Shown: positions 45,980 through 55,296, numbered from the stretch's first letter. The stretch is 64,000 bases of DNA from an uncultured Candidatus Saccharibacteria bacterium (GCA_964491925.1 CAZBGZ010000001.1:192701-256700); one strand, 5' to 3'. Notes: generated from the sequence alone by a model not told the origin. Numbers and translations: made by a program.

Positions 45980-46249
45980 GTGGCAACACCAATAAACCCA
46001 ATGCCCGAGTACGTGGTCGTACAGCCGGAAAAAAGTGAAAATAAAACAGCTAGCGGGCTGTATTTACCCGACAGTGCTAAGGAAAAGCCAAAAACTGCCA
46101 AAGTCGTGGCCGTGGGCGCTGCTGTCAAGTCGGTAAAATCGGGTGATCGAGTAATTTATAAAAACGAATACGAAGCTACAACGATAATGGTCGGTAGAGA
46201 AGAGTACACAGTCGTTTTCGTCGCAAACATAATCGCAACAGTGAAATAA
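45980..46249 (+). CDS. groES: co-chaperonin GroES
   Basis: 89 aa with a GTG start. The sequence ...KTASGLYLPDSAKEKP.TAKVVAVG... is typical of Cpn10. Confidence 0.95.
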   Translation: MATPINPMPEYVVVQPEKSENKTASGLYLPDSAKEKPKTAKVVAVGAAVKSVKSGDRVIYKNEYEATTIMVGREEYTVVFVANIIATVK

Positions 46250-46264
46250 TAGGAGTAGAAATAG

Positions 46265-47908
46265 ATGGCAAATAAAGTATTTTATGACGATGATGCTCGC
46301 AGACGAGTTTTAGAAGGCGCGAGAATTCTATACGAAGCGGTAAAAACTACTATGGGGCCTAAAGGCCGCAACGTAGTTATTGATAAATCATACGGTAGCC
46401 CAACAGTTACTCACGACGGTGTAACGGTGGCAAAAGGTGTCGAAATAGAGGACAAAGACGATGAAACGCTGGGGTATAAAGTCGGTGCAGAGCTAATCAA
46501 ACAAGCGGCTAATAAAATGAACGATGTAGCTGGCGATGGTACGACAACGGTCACTGTTTTGACTTACCATATCCTGAACGAAGCTAACAAATTAATTGCT
46601 GCTGGCCATAACCCAATGCAACTACGAAAAGGTCTAGAACAAGCTGCTCAAGATGTTTTGAAGAAGCTAGATGGAATGAGTGAGGACATCAAAGCCAATA
46701 AAAAACGCGTTGCAGAAGTTGCCACTATCAGCGCTGGTGATGCAGAGATTGGCAACCTTATTGCTGATGTTATCGACAAAGTCGGCAAAGACGGAGTTGT
46801 GACTGTCGAGGAAGGCCAGAGCCTGCTACTAGAGCAAGAAGTCGTCGAAGGTTTTACCATGGACCGTGGATTTGTCAGCCCATTCATGGCGACTGACACT
46901 ACCCGAATGGAGGCCGTAATTGACAAGCCAGCCATCATAATCACAGATAAAAAAATCAGTAGTGCACAGGAATTCTTGCCAGTATTAGAGCAACTAGCAC
47001 AGGCTGGTAAAAAGGACGTGTTAATCATCGCAGATGACGTAGAGGGCGAAGTCCTGGGTGTATTAATCCTGAACAAACTAAAGGGCGTGCTGAACGCCGT
47101 AGCAGTCAAGGCGCCATCATTTGGTGATCGACGAAAAGAAACGCTCGAAGACATCGCTGTGCTAACAGGCGGTCAGGTAATCTCTGAAGAAAAAGGCGAC
47201 ACATTTGAAAATGTTGAAGCTAACTACATAGGCAGTGCTCGAAAAGTTATCGTAACTAAAGACGAAACAACAATTATTGAGGGCGGCGGCACCGTATCTG
47301 CTCTAAAATCTCGAATTGCTCAGATAACGTCACAGAGTTTGTCAGCCTCCAGCGAGTATGACCGTGAAAATTACGATGCTCGACGCGCCGCATTACAGGG
47401 CAAAGTCGCAGTCATCAAAGTTGGGGGTGCAACAGAGACAGAAATAGAAGAAAAGAAATTCCGTGTTGATGATGCGGTTGCAGCTACAAAAGCTGCACTA
47501 GAGGAAGGAATTGTGCCAGGCGGTGGCGTGACGCTAGTAAACCTGGCCAGCACGGTAAAGGTTACTGGCCACGATTCAACGGCAGCTGGCGCGCAGCTAC
47601 TAGCTAGTGCGTTACTGCAACCATTCAAGATTTTGCTATCAAACGCTGGGCTTAACCCAGATGAGTGGCTACCGCAGGTCCAGAAAGCCAAAGCGGGGCA
47701 GGGTGTTGATGTAAATACGGCAGATAAACTAGTAGACCTAAAAACAACAGGGATTGTTGATCCAAAACGAGTAACCCGTGAAGCAGTTCAGAACTCTGTT
47801 TCGATTGCCGGTACAGCCATGACCATGGGGGCATTAGTGGCGGAAGTGCCAAAGAAAGACGAGCCAGCTGCAGGCGGAATGCCCGGTGGCGGCATGATGG
47901 GCATGTAG
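46265..47908 (+). CDS. groEL: chaperonin GroEL
   Basis: GPKGRNVVI, DGTTT, VAVKAPSFGDRRK, and a C-terminal GGMPGGGMMGM tail. Confidence 0.97.
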   Translation: MANKVFYDDDARRRVLEGARILYEAVKTTMGPKGRNVVIDKSYGSPTVTHDGVTVAKGVEIEDKDDETLGYKVGAELIKQAANKMNDVAGDGTTTVTVLTYHILNEANKLIAAGHNPMQLRKGLEQAAQDVLKKLDGMSEDIKANKKRVAEVATISAGDAEIGNLIADVIDKVGKDGVVTVEEGQSLLLEQEVVEGFTMDRGFVSPFMATDTTRMEAVIDKPAIIITDKKISSAQEFLPVLEQLAQAGKKDVLIIADDVEGEVLGVLILNKLKGVLNAVAVKAPSFGDRRKETLEDIAVLTGGQVISEEKGDTFENVEANYIGSARKVIVTKDETTIIEGGGTVSALKSRIAQITSQSLSASSEYDRENYDARRAALQGKVAVIKVGGATETEIEEKKFRVDDAVAATKAALEEGIVPGGGVTLVNLASTVKVTGHDSTAAGAQLLASALLQPFKILLSNAGLNPDEWLPQVQKAKAGQGVDVNTADKLVDLKTTGIVDPKRVTREAVQNSVSIAGTAMTMGALVAEVPKKDEPAAGGMPGGGMMGM

Positions 47909-47940
47909 TCTAGAGTCTGTCTAGGTGATTTAGTACCCAA

Positions 47941-47976
47941 ACAACAAATTCATTGATTTTGTTCATAATTTGTTGT
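47941..47976. terminator. bidirectional hairpin between convergent groEL and the 227-aa ORF
   Basis: ACAACAAATT...AATTTGTTGT, a 10-bp stem with a 16-nt loop. Confidence 0.45.
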
Positions 47977-47981
47977 CAGTT

Positions 47982-48665
47982 CTATTGTTGTTCTTTGGAC
48001 TTTGCAATAGCATCTTCAAGACTTGTGTCATTACGACGTTGTTCTTCCCGTAACGCCCGATCGATATCAACGTCACCTGATGTTGGTTGAACTTTTGCAT
48101 ACACTCGACCATCAGATTCAGCTCTGGGGTTATCGATTAGCATAATTGCATTTTCTATAGGGTCAGAAATCTGTACAAAATTACCCAGCATTTTGTCGAG
48201 CATCAATATTAGCTGGCTAGTCCCGGCAGTATTTCTGAATATCTCAGCCTCCGTTGAGCCAGGCAGTGGGTTAGTGAACTGATGATCTAGAGAATCTATG
48301 ATAGTGCCGCTAGCATCAACGCTGAATATTGCTGATATCGGCTCTCTGGTTTTATCCGCATTAGCGGGCCCCCAGAAAGTCGTTTCATGCTGGATAGCCG
48401 CCCCGTCTTCTATTTGTGTTCGTACATCCGTTAGGTGGCTACCATTTGGGCCCACAACCAATGTTTCTAGTAGTTGATCTTCACCGGGCACATATAGTCT
48501 TTTAACATCGGTATTGCTAGTATCCGAGTGTGAGTGAAATTCTAGATTTGGCAAGGCCCAGGGCATCAGGGCATGCTCACCTAGTTGGGCTAGTATGTGC
48601 CCCTGAATTACCCTAAGGTCTGTTTCTATTTGTGCTGCGAATTCTAGTGATACTGAATCTGACAT
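47982..48665 (-). CDS. hypothetical acidic soluble protein
   Basis: 227-aa ORF, co-directional with the upstream ORF and 18 nt from it. No motif recognised. Confidence 0.45.
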   Translation of the reverse strand: MSDSVSLEFAAQIETDLRVIQGHILAQLGEHALMPWALPNLEFHSHSDTSNTDVKRLYVPGEDQLLETLVVGPNGSHLTDVRTQIEDGAAIQHETTFWGPANADKTREPISAIFSVDASGTIIDSLDHQFTNPLPGSTEAEIFRNTAGTSQLILMLDKMLGNFVQISDPIENAIMLIDNPRAESDGRVYAKVQPTSGDVDIDRALREEQRRNDTSLEDAIAKSKEQQ

Positions 48666-48683
48666 ATTAATCCTTTCTTTAAG

Positions 48684-49331
48684 CTACATCGCCTTCTGCC
48701 GTGGGCGTGATACGCGGGCAATTGCTGAGACCCCTATATTACGGGCTACGCGGCGGTGCATAATTTCCCGGCCTAGCACTGCCCGTTCATCAGTTAGCGT
48801 TATTGAGCTTTTTTCGCCCCGTCTGTTTGTACGTGTGATCGCAAGTGGCGTAGGCCTAACTGCTCGGTCGTGCGAATTTGTGTATGACCGGAATCGATCA
48901 TCTCCAGGCGCATATTTGTCGGTTTTTGTTTCGTCAGCGTAACTTGCGGGTTCGGCATCAGCAACTTCAATCTTCTCCCTATCAGAAGTTGTGATAATAG
49001 TTCTAAGTTGAAAGTTCTCTATTCCACCATAAATCCTACTTACTGTTCGTTCTACATGGTCACTTTCACTGTAAACAAACCCTCCAGACTGTCCAGGGTT
49101 CACGCTCCAAACATCTTCAACGTTACCACCATATGCAGAGCGCGAAAAAAGATCTGGCTCCAATTCATTAGTGCATAAATAGTTCGTATCAGAATTGTAA
49201 AAAGATCCATCAAACTGACCGCCATTTGTAATGCCATCTCTTGATCCAGAAAGAATGGCCATCTGGATAGCGTTATTCAGTTCACTAGCCGCTCTTAAAT
49301 CAGGTGTCTGTTCAATAAAAGATTCACTCAT
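48684..49331 (-). CDS. hypothetical soluble protein
   Basis: 215-aa ORF. No motif recognised. Confidence 0.45.
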   Translation of the reverse strand: MSESFIEQTPDLRAASELNNAIQMAILSGSRDGITNGGQFDGSFYNSDTNYLCTNELEPDLFSRSAYGGNVEDVWSVNPGQSGGFVYSESDHVERTVSRIYGGIENFQLRTIITTSDREKIEVADAEPASYADETKTDKYAPGDDRFRSYTNSHDRAVRPTPLAITRTNRRGEKSSITLTDERAVLGREIMHRRVARNIGVSAIARVSRPRQKAM

Positions 49332-49495
49332 AACTTATTCACTCACTTTCTTTAATCCCACCTTGCAGGAAGGTAGGGGGCAATCATAAAATGTTTATGT
49401 TAAATAGTCAATTATAAATGAGCAAATAATACAATTAACAGAGAAAGAAAATGTCAAGAAATCATTGACAAAAATAGAATAACTGTTACCATGAC

Positions 49496-50245
49496 ATGAT
49501 GGAAAGCGCATTACTAGACATTGGTTTGAATGAAAAAGAAGCCGGTTTATACCTAAAATTAATAGAAAATAGGCCATTAACCGCGTTAGAGATTTCAAAA
49601 TTAACTAACGAGACACGCACAAATACATACATGCTTTTAGAAGCATTACAGACATTCGGACTAGTAGAATTTGATGATACACGTCCAGTTCGGAGTTTTA
49701 TTTGTCAGCCACCGTCTAAGCTGCATGAGATGGTTATCGATCGTCAGCAGCAATTAAAGCAGGTTGATGCTAGCCTTCGTAGTGTATTGCCTGAACTGTC
49801 ATCAAAGTACCGTTTGGCCCAACACAAACCCGGTGTTATATACCGCGAGGGGCTAGAGGGGCTGAGAGACGTACTAGAAGACATGGTACGTAGCAAAGAC
49901 GAGATTCTTTTAATCCCAAGCAGTTTGGCAAATGAACATGCTGAAGCCTTTGAAATGTTAAAAAAAGCGGCGGTGAAGCGAAAAGCTCACAAAATTGGTA
50001 CAAGGGCAGTTATGTTCGATGGTGCCAGGGACTGGGAAATCTTAAAATTTTGGCCAAAACAAGGAATTGAAACGCGTTTTTTAGGCCAAGAGCCATATGA
50101 TGGAGAGGTGCTAATCTATGGAGAAACCTGCGTATTTGTCGAATACGCCACTGATCGTATAATCACAACCACTCTTACCAATGCTGTTATATCCACCACC
50201 ATGAAGCAACTCTTTGAGCAGCTCTGGCAAACAGCCAAACCCTAA
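49496..50245 (+). CDS. TrmB-family transcriptional regulator
   Basis: N-terminal LGLNEKEAGLYLKLIENRPLTALEISKLTNETRTNTYMLLEAL (TrmB-type winged helix-turn-helix) plus a C-terminal effector-like domain. Confidence 0.7.
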   Translation: MMESALLDIGLNEKEAGLYLKLIENRPLTALEISKLTNETRTNTYMLLEALQTFGLVEFDDTRPVRSFICQPPSKLHEMVIDRQQQLKQVDASLRSVLPELSSKYRLAQHKPGVIYREGLEGLRDVLEDMVRSKDEILLIPSSLANEHAEAFEMLKKAAVKRKAHKIGTRAVMFDGARDWEILKFWPKQGIETRFLGQEPYDGEVLIYGETCVFVEYATDRIITTTLTNAVISTTMKQLFEQLWQTAKP

Positions 50246-50309
50246 GCATGCACCAGGGATTGCAAAAAACGATTAATTGTAGTATTATATCTGGAGAAAC
50301 GGGAGAGTT

Positions 50310-50762
50310 ATGATATCTATTTGGCCATTTAACCGAAAAAAGAAGCAAGAGCAGAGTGTTTTGCCTCAAGAAGTGCAAGAGTACTATCGGTCTACAAACA
50401 AAGAACGTAGAAGTACGGCTTGGTTGCTGGCACTTGGTACATTAGTTGTAACGATAGTATTGGCGACAATATTATTCTTCGCTGGTAGATGGCTTTACCA
50501 GAAATTGGTAGGTAATGATAACAAACAACCAGTAACCACTCAGAATGAGAATAGCAGCCAAAATAACCCAACAGACAATCCCAGCACACCTAACGAAAAT
50601 ACCGGCAATGATCAAACTGACGATTCACAGAACGATATAGTTGATGCCCCCGCAGATGGAAGCGACCAAAAAACGGGGACCGAACTGTCAGAAACCCCAG
50701 CTACTGGGCCTACAACTCCAGAAATTCCTGGCACAGGCCCTGGCCCTGGCGGATTACAATAA
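50310..50762 (+). CDS. membrane-anchored low-complexity protein
   Basis: One TM (AWLLALGTLVVTIVLATILFF) followed by an N/Q/T/P-rich tail. Confidence 0.4.
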   Translation: MISIWPFNRKKKQEQSVLPQEVQEYYRSTNKERRSTAWLLALGTLVVTIVLATILFFAGRWLYQKLVGNDNKQPVTTQNENSSQNNPTDNPSTPNENTGNDQTDDSQNDIVDAPADGSDQKTGTELSETPATGPTTPEIPGTGPGPGGLQ

Positions 50763-50864
50763 CTCTCCAATTACTTTGTTCCGACAAAGTAATGAGGGAA
50801 CTCTTGGCTATCCGTTTGACTCGATATGACTTCTTGCCAAACACCACAACAGACTGCGGAACTT

Positions 50865-50899
50865 GGTATTGAATATGCCGTTTGGGCATATTCAATACC
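50865..50899. repeat. perfect 15-bp inverted repeat with 5-nt spacer
   Basis: GGTATTGAATATGCC-gtttg-GGCATATTCAATACC, between convergent genes, with no U-tract on either side. Confidence 0.8.
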
Positions 50900-51057
50900 T
50901 TCAAACAGTCCTCGTCTCTTTTGTTGTAGTGTTGACGAAGTCATTCAGGCCAAGCCGGAGGCCACGTCAATAAGTAATCCTCATCTTTTGTCTGGCCGTA
51001 GGCCAGTAATTAATGAGATTGGGGTTTAGTCCTTAAGAAATAGTTTAGAACAACCTC

Positions 51058-51606
51058 TTAGGAGGATTTTTTGGTGAAGTAGTTTATTTCGTTAATGATG
51101 TCGAGCATCGCCTCTGCACGAGGTTTTTTGCCCTCAATTTTCTTGGCGGTTTCAAACGCTTGAGGAATTAATGATTGATCATCAGATGCTTGAATCGTCA
51201 TCATAAGTATGTTCAGTTTTGCTTCTGGGGTTTGATCTAGTTCATCCAGTAGAGGGGAAAGTTCTTGAAGAGCGCTTTTTTTGATCTCTACTAAATCAGA
51301 AGGCGTTTTGTCCGCATTTATCGTTGGGGCAGGCGTCTCTTCTTCGTCCTCGTCTGGCACGGAGACAGCTACTGGTTTTGGCTCGTCTGCTAGTTCCAAA
51401 TCAGTTTTATCTACAGGCTCGTTAATATCGTCCACTATTTTGGCAATATCGCCGTCTTCATCATCAGAATCGTCTGATGCAACGCTAGAATCGCCAGGTA
51501 TACCAACTAGATTCTCGTCTGGTGGCGTAGTGCTCATCGGTTGAACTACGTTGTCGTCCTGTGTTTTTTTATCTTCATTTTTGTCGTCGTGACCAAACAT
51601 TCCCAT
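51058..51606 (-). CDS. hypothetical highly acidic protein
   Basis: I trimmed the start to ATG 51606 (MGMFGHDD...), preceded by AAAGGGGG. The longer track ORF overlaps the next gene's start. Confidence 0.45.
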   Translation of the reverse strand: MGMFGHDDKNEDKKTQDDNVVQPMSTTPPDENLVGIPGDSSVASDDSDDEDGDIAKIVDDINEPVDKTDLELADEPKPVAVSVPDEDEEETPAPTINADKTPSDLVEIKKSALQELSPLLDELDQTPEAKLNILMMTIQASDDQSLIPQAFETAKKIEGKKPRAEAMLDIINEINYFTKKSS

Positions 51607-51661
51607 CCCCCTTTGTTGTATAGTAGCTAGTATAGAACAAAAAAGGCTGAAGGGAAAATAT

Positions 51662-52690
51662 ATGCTTGATGATTTGAAATATATACACCAAAGAGACAAG
51701 AGCGATGCACTAGGGATTGCCGAAAAACAGTGGCGGCAACTATTGGAAGAATTTGAGGCCCCAAAGATATCGGGGCAGTTTGATAACGTAGTCTACGCCG
51801 GTATGGGTGGGTCTGCATTATCTGCGCGACTAAGTTTGACCTGGCCGGGTTACAGTGTGCCGTTTGAAATCGTCTCAAACTACAATATCCCCGCATATGT
51901 TTCTGAAAATACTTTGTTTATTGCTTGTAGTTACTCTGGCAACACAGAAGAAACCATTTCGGCATTACACGAAGCTGAGAAAACGGGGGCAACCATTGCT
52001 GTCATTGCTTGTGGGGGCAAGCTAGAAGAGATCGCGACTGAAAAAGGTTATGTTTTTGCTAAAATCCCGCCAGTTTCGCAACCTAGATTCGCAACGCTTT
52101 ATATTCTAAAAGCTTTGGTTGCTATCCTGGAGAAGGCTGGTCTAGTCAAAGCAAATGCCGCAGAAAAAGATATGCACCTTGCCTCTGATTTTCTAAAAAA
52201 ATCAGTTGAGGCTTGGGTGCCAACTGTGCCAACAGCTAGAAACGTGGCTAAACAAATAGCCCAAGACGTGATTGGATCAAGCCCTGTTGTATACGCTGGC
52301 CCGCTACTGTGGCCGGCTGCCTATAAATGGAAGATTAGCTTTAACGAAAACGCCAAAAACGTGGCCTGGTGCGGCCAATATCCCGAGTTTAACCACAACG
52401 AATTCCCAGGTTGGTCATCGCACCCAGTCGATAAGCCATATAGTGTTATTGATTTGAGAACGAGTTTTGACCACCCACAGATTCAAAAGCGGTTCGAAAT
52501 CAGTTCAAAATTACTGTCCGGCAAACGTCCACACCCAATAACAGTTAAAGCCGAAGGGGAAACACTGCTCGAACAGCTTTTGTGGACTGTGGCGTTGGGA
52601 GATTTTGTTAGCCTTTACACTGCACTATTAAATAACATAGATCCTAGCCCTGTGAATCTAATTGAAAAGCTAAAAAAGGAACTAGTTTAG
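51662..52690 (+). CDS. bifunctional phosphoglucose/phosphomannose isomerase (SIS domain)
   Basis: YAGMGGSALSA, CSYSGNTEET and NHNEFPGW are typical of the archaeal/bacterial PGI-PMI family. Confidence 0.75.
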   Translation: MLDDLKYIHQRDKSDALGIAEKQWRQLLEEFEAPKISGQFDNVVYAGMGGSALSARLSLTWPGYSVPFEIVSNYNIPAYVSENTLFIACSYSGNTEETISALHEAEKTGATIAVIACGGKLEEIATEKGYVFAKIPPVSQPRFATLYILKALVAILEKAGLVKANAAEKDMHLASDFLKKSVEAWVPTVPTARNVAKQIAQDVIGSSPVVYAGPLLWPAAYKWKISFNENAKNVAWCGQYPEFNHNEFPGWSSHPVDKPYSVIDLRTSFDHPQIQKRFEISSKLLSGKRPHPITVKAEGETLLEQLLWTVALGDFVSLYTALLNNIDPSPVNLIEKLKKELV

Positions 52691-52698
52691 CCCGATAT

Positions 52699-53253
52699 TT
52701 ATATTTTGCTATCGCGCAAGCCAATCAGAAAACCGATATAGACACTCAGTATGTGTAGGCAAAACCAAATTACTGCAATAACTACATACTCTCGTAGTGA
52801 TAGTTGAACAACAAGGCTACTAGCTAGAAGACCACCAGCGATGTAGTCAAATTGGTCGAAAGGGAACCAGCTTTCTCCTGAAGGGATGCCTTTTAGCCGC
52901 TTAAAAAAACTCTCTATTGCATCACCAAACAGAGCGCCAAGCCCGAACAATGGGCCTAATATCAAAACGGGTAAAGTCGAGTAATCAACGTTTAGGGCAA
53001 TTGTTTTAGCCCAGCCGGTATGAGTATACAAATATTGCTGAACCCATAGAGTAGTAGTGGCAACCAATATCCCTGCCATCAAACCGCGCCAGGTTTTATT
53101 TGGACCAAAAATACGCTTGTCTCTGAAATGAGCCCCAAAATCTATCGGGGCGCTTAAGTTTTTTAGCCAGGGCATCCTACTGGCAAAAACTGGTGCCGAA
53201 TTGGCCAGTCCGGCCGGCAGAAAGAACCATAATGCGAACAAGATTATACTCAT
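52699..53253 (-). CDS. CarS-family (CDP-archaeol synthase-like, former DUF46) membrane cytidylyltransferase homolog
   Basis: FFLPAGLANSAPVFASR...PIDFGAHFRDKRIFGPNKTWRGL...GDAIESFFKRLKGIPSGESWFPFDQFDY follows the pattern I know for CarS (LPAY.AN..PV...PID.G..F.DG.R..G..KT.RG...GD...SF.KRR.G...G...P..DQ.D). Confidence 0.65.
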   Translation of the reverse strand: MSIILFALWFFLPAGLANSAPVFASRMPWLKNLSAPIDFGAHFRDKRIFGPNKTWRGLMAGILVATTTLWVQQYLYTHTGWAKTIALNVDYSTLPVLILGPLFGLGALFGDAIESFFKRLKGIPSGESWFPFDQFDYIAGGLLASSLVVQLSLREYVVIAVIWFCLHILSVYIGFLIGLRDSKI

Positions 53254-53906
53254 TTATTCGCTCTACCAAGTTTATTTTTTATACGATGAAGTTTTGGGTA
53301 CAAAAGAGTTCGTAGTGGAGGTCTATGCATGTTGAGGTGGCCGAAACTTAGAAGTTCCACGAGGTTATCGGCAGAAGGCATTTCTTTCACTGATGTAAAG
53401 GCGGTGCCCAGGCCTTTCATGCCATGAGCGTCGCTAGAGGCAGCGGGCGGTTTTTGTTTTAGCTTTGCCCAGACCGCAGCTTGGGGGCCTTTGTTTTGAG
53501 CCATAGCGCGTCCATTGTATGTCTCCACAACATCAACTAGCTCGGCTATTGTGTCTAAGTCGACTTTTTTTACTCCTTTTCTGACAGTTTCAAACGGATG
53601 TGGTATGTACACAACCCCACCTTGTGCTTTTATAGCTTGGGCAGTTTCTAGTAATGGCATCCCAGGGCGTATTACCTTACTCAAAAACAATCCAACAATA
53701 TCCCCATGTAGGCTGGAGATTTCTTCGCCTACAATAATCCTGTCTCCAAGGTTTTTGTGGATTCTCAAGGCTTGAGATATACTGTTGTGATCTGTTATGG
53801 CTATACAGTCTAGTAGCTCGTCGTCTATGGCTTGCATGTATTGATCTTCGGATATTCCGCCATCTGGTGAGTCTGTTGAATGAGTGTGTAGGTCTAGCTT
53901 GTACAT
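53250..53906 (-). CDS. PHP-domain phosphoesterase
   Basis: LDLHTHSTDSPDG, ITDHN and later HP/DAHG metal-ligand motifs. It overlaps the next gene by 4 nt. Confidence 0.8.
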   Translation of the reverse strand: MYKLDLHTHSTDSPDGGISEDQYMQAIDDELLDCIAITDHNSISQALRIHKNLGDRIIVGEEISSLHGDIVGLFLSKVIRPGMPLLETAQAIKAQGGVVYIPHPFETVRKGVKKVDLDTIAELVDVVETYNGRAMAQNKGPQAAVWAKLKQKPPAASSDAHGMKGLGTAFTSVKEMPSADNLVELLSFGHLNMHRPPLRTLLYPKLHRIKNKLGRANK

Positions 53907-53909
53907 ATG

Positions 53910-54539
53910 TTAATTGAGTTTTTGAACTACATTAATAATTCTCTGCATCATTGTAACTATTGAAAGCACGGCAACCACTATTACCGCTAATGGTAAATGG
54001 TCAGATAAAAGTCCGACGACCAGAACAAATATTCTAACGTCGTAGGTCATTAGACCTGTACGAAATGATTTATTATTTTGGTGTGAAATGTCCATGTGTG
54101 ATGATTTTGATATTGCAACCTCACCCCAGGCATTAATGTAACTAACTGTTACTGCAACACCACAAGCTAAAATCGCCCAAACAGCGAAATATGGCATATC
54201 TTGAGAAATAAACAAGTATCCAGCCCCGACATACAACATCACTTCTTTGATGCGGTCCGTCACAGAGTCTAAAAACATCCCAGTTGTGCTAGTGCGTTTT
54301 TGAAGCCTGGCTAGCGCGCCGTCCAATGTGTCAAACAACCCAAAGATTACTAGTAATATAGCAGCGGCTATCAATCTGTCGGTGGCGATCAGGTAGGCGA
54401 TAGGAAGGTGCATCACCAGCCCAACCATGGTTACGACGTTCGGGTGTAGTTTGCCAAAAGTAACCTTATCCAGCCCGAATGCAACTGCGCCCATAACTGA
54501 TCGTACCCATTTTTGGATTGCATCCAGAGCCTTGTACAT
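53910..54539 (-). CDS. CDP-alcohol phosphatidyltransferase
   Basis: Exact canonical motif D-x2-DG-x2-AR-x8-G-x3-D-x3-D in DTLDGALARLQKRTSTTGMFLDSVTD, in a polytopic membrane protein. Confidence 0.85.
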   Translation of the reverse strand: MYKALDAIQKWVRSVMGAVAFGLDKVTFGKLHPNVVTMVGLVMHLPIAYLIATDRLIAAAILLVIFGLFDTLDGALARLQKRTSTTGMFLDSVTDRIKEVMLYVGAGYLFISQDMPYFAVWAILACGVAVTVSYINAWGEVAISKSSHMDISHQNNKSFRTGLMTYDVRIFVLVVGLLSDHLPLAVIVVAVLSIVTMMQRIINVVQKLN

Positions 54540-54573
54540 ACACTAGATTATAACAGGGTATAATAATGGGGCC

Positions 54574-55260
54574 ATGCAGCGAGAAAAAAGTACGCCTTTT
54601 ACAAAAAAACTTCTAACTACATTGTTATTTTCTTCTCTTGTAAGCGTTACATTGTTGGCCTTGCGGATGATAGTAGCAGGTAATACTAGGTTCTGGTTTA
54701 TGACTTGGAACCTATTTTTGGCATGGGTACCGCTCCTTTTTGCGTTAGGGCTAAGGATCAATTTGTCAAAAAAACCACTGACTCATTGGCAGAACTTTGG
54801 TCTGCTGGCGTTATGGTTGGGGTTTTTGCCCAATAGCTTTTACCTGATGAGTGATTTGATACACTTACAAAGTTCCGGGGAAGCATCAGTTCTTTACGAC
54901 GTGGCCATGATGATGTCATTTATCATCAACGGTTTAATTTTAGGCTATATAAGTGTTTATATTGTGCATTCTCAACTCTTAAAACACTTCAAGCCTAAAA
55001 CTGTACACATTATTTTAGGATTTGTTTTCTTTGCGTGTGGTTTTGCGACCTATTTGGGCCGGTATTTGCGTTGGAACACGTGGGATATATTCTTGAACCC
55101 AGCGGGTATTTTATTCGACCTGAGCGAAAGGGTTATAAACCCAATACTTCATATTCAAACATACATAGTAACGTTCGTCTTTTTTGTAGTGCTGGCCAGC
55201 ACATACGCAGTGGTCTATCAGTTAATAAGGGTTTTGAGTAGTAACGTTCAAAAAAACTAA
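54574..55260 (+). CDS. DUF1361-like polytopic membrane protein
   Basis: FWFMTWNLFLAWVPLLFA is a pattern I associate with DUF1361. Confidence 0.55.
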   Translation: MQREKSTPFTKKLLTTLLFSSLVSVTLLALRMIVAGNTRFWFMTWNLFLAWVPLLFALGLRINLSKKPLTHWQNFGLLALWLGFLPNSFYLMSDLIHLQSSGEASVLYDVAMMMSFIINGLILGYISVYIVHSQLLKHFKPKTVHIILGFVFFACGFATYLGRYLRWNTWDIFLNPAGILFDLSERVINPILHIQTYIVTFVFFVVLASTYAVVYQLIRVLSSNVQKN

Positions 55261-55296
55261 AATAAATCACCTAAATCCAGTATACTTACATCTGTT

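Noticed and set aside
44546-47852. Antisense ORFs within murE-like (44546-45016), the pentein gene, and groEL (46648-47154, 47371-47691, 47652-47852)
   Set aside because: They are embedded opposite highly conserved genes. Ser/Pro/Ala-rich shadow translations are typical of the reverse frame of GroEL-type sequences.
50710-51029. ORFs 50826-51029 (plus) and 50710-50904 (minus) as real small proteins
   Set aside because: They have no RBS, overlap each other and the 15-bp palindrome, and their composition is atypical. The gap is more likely non-coding.
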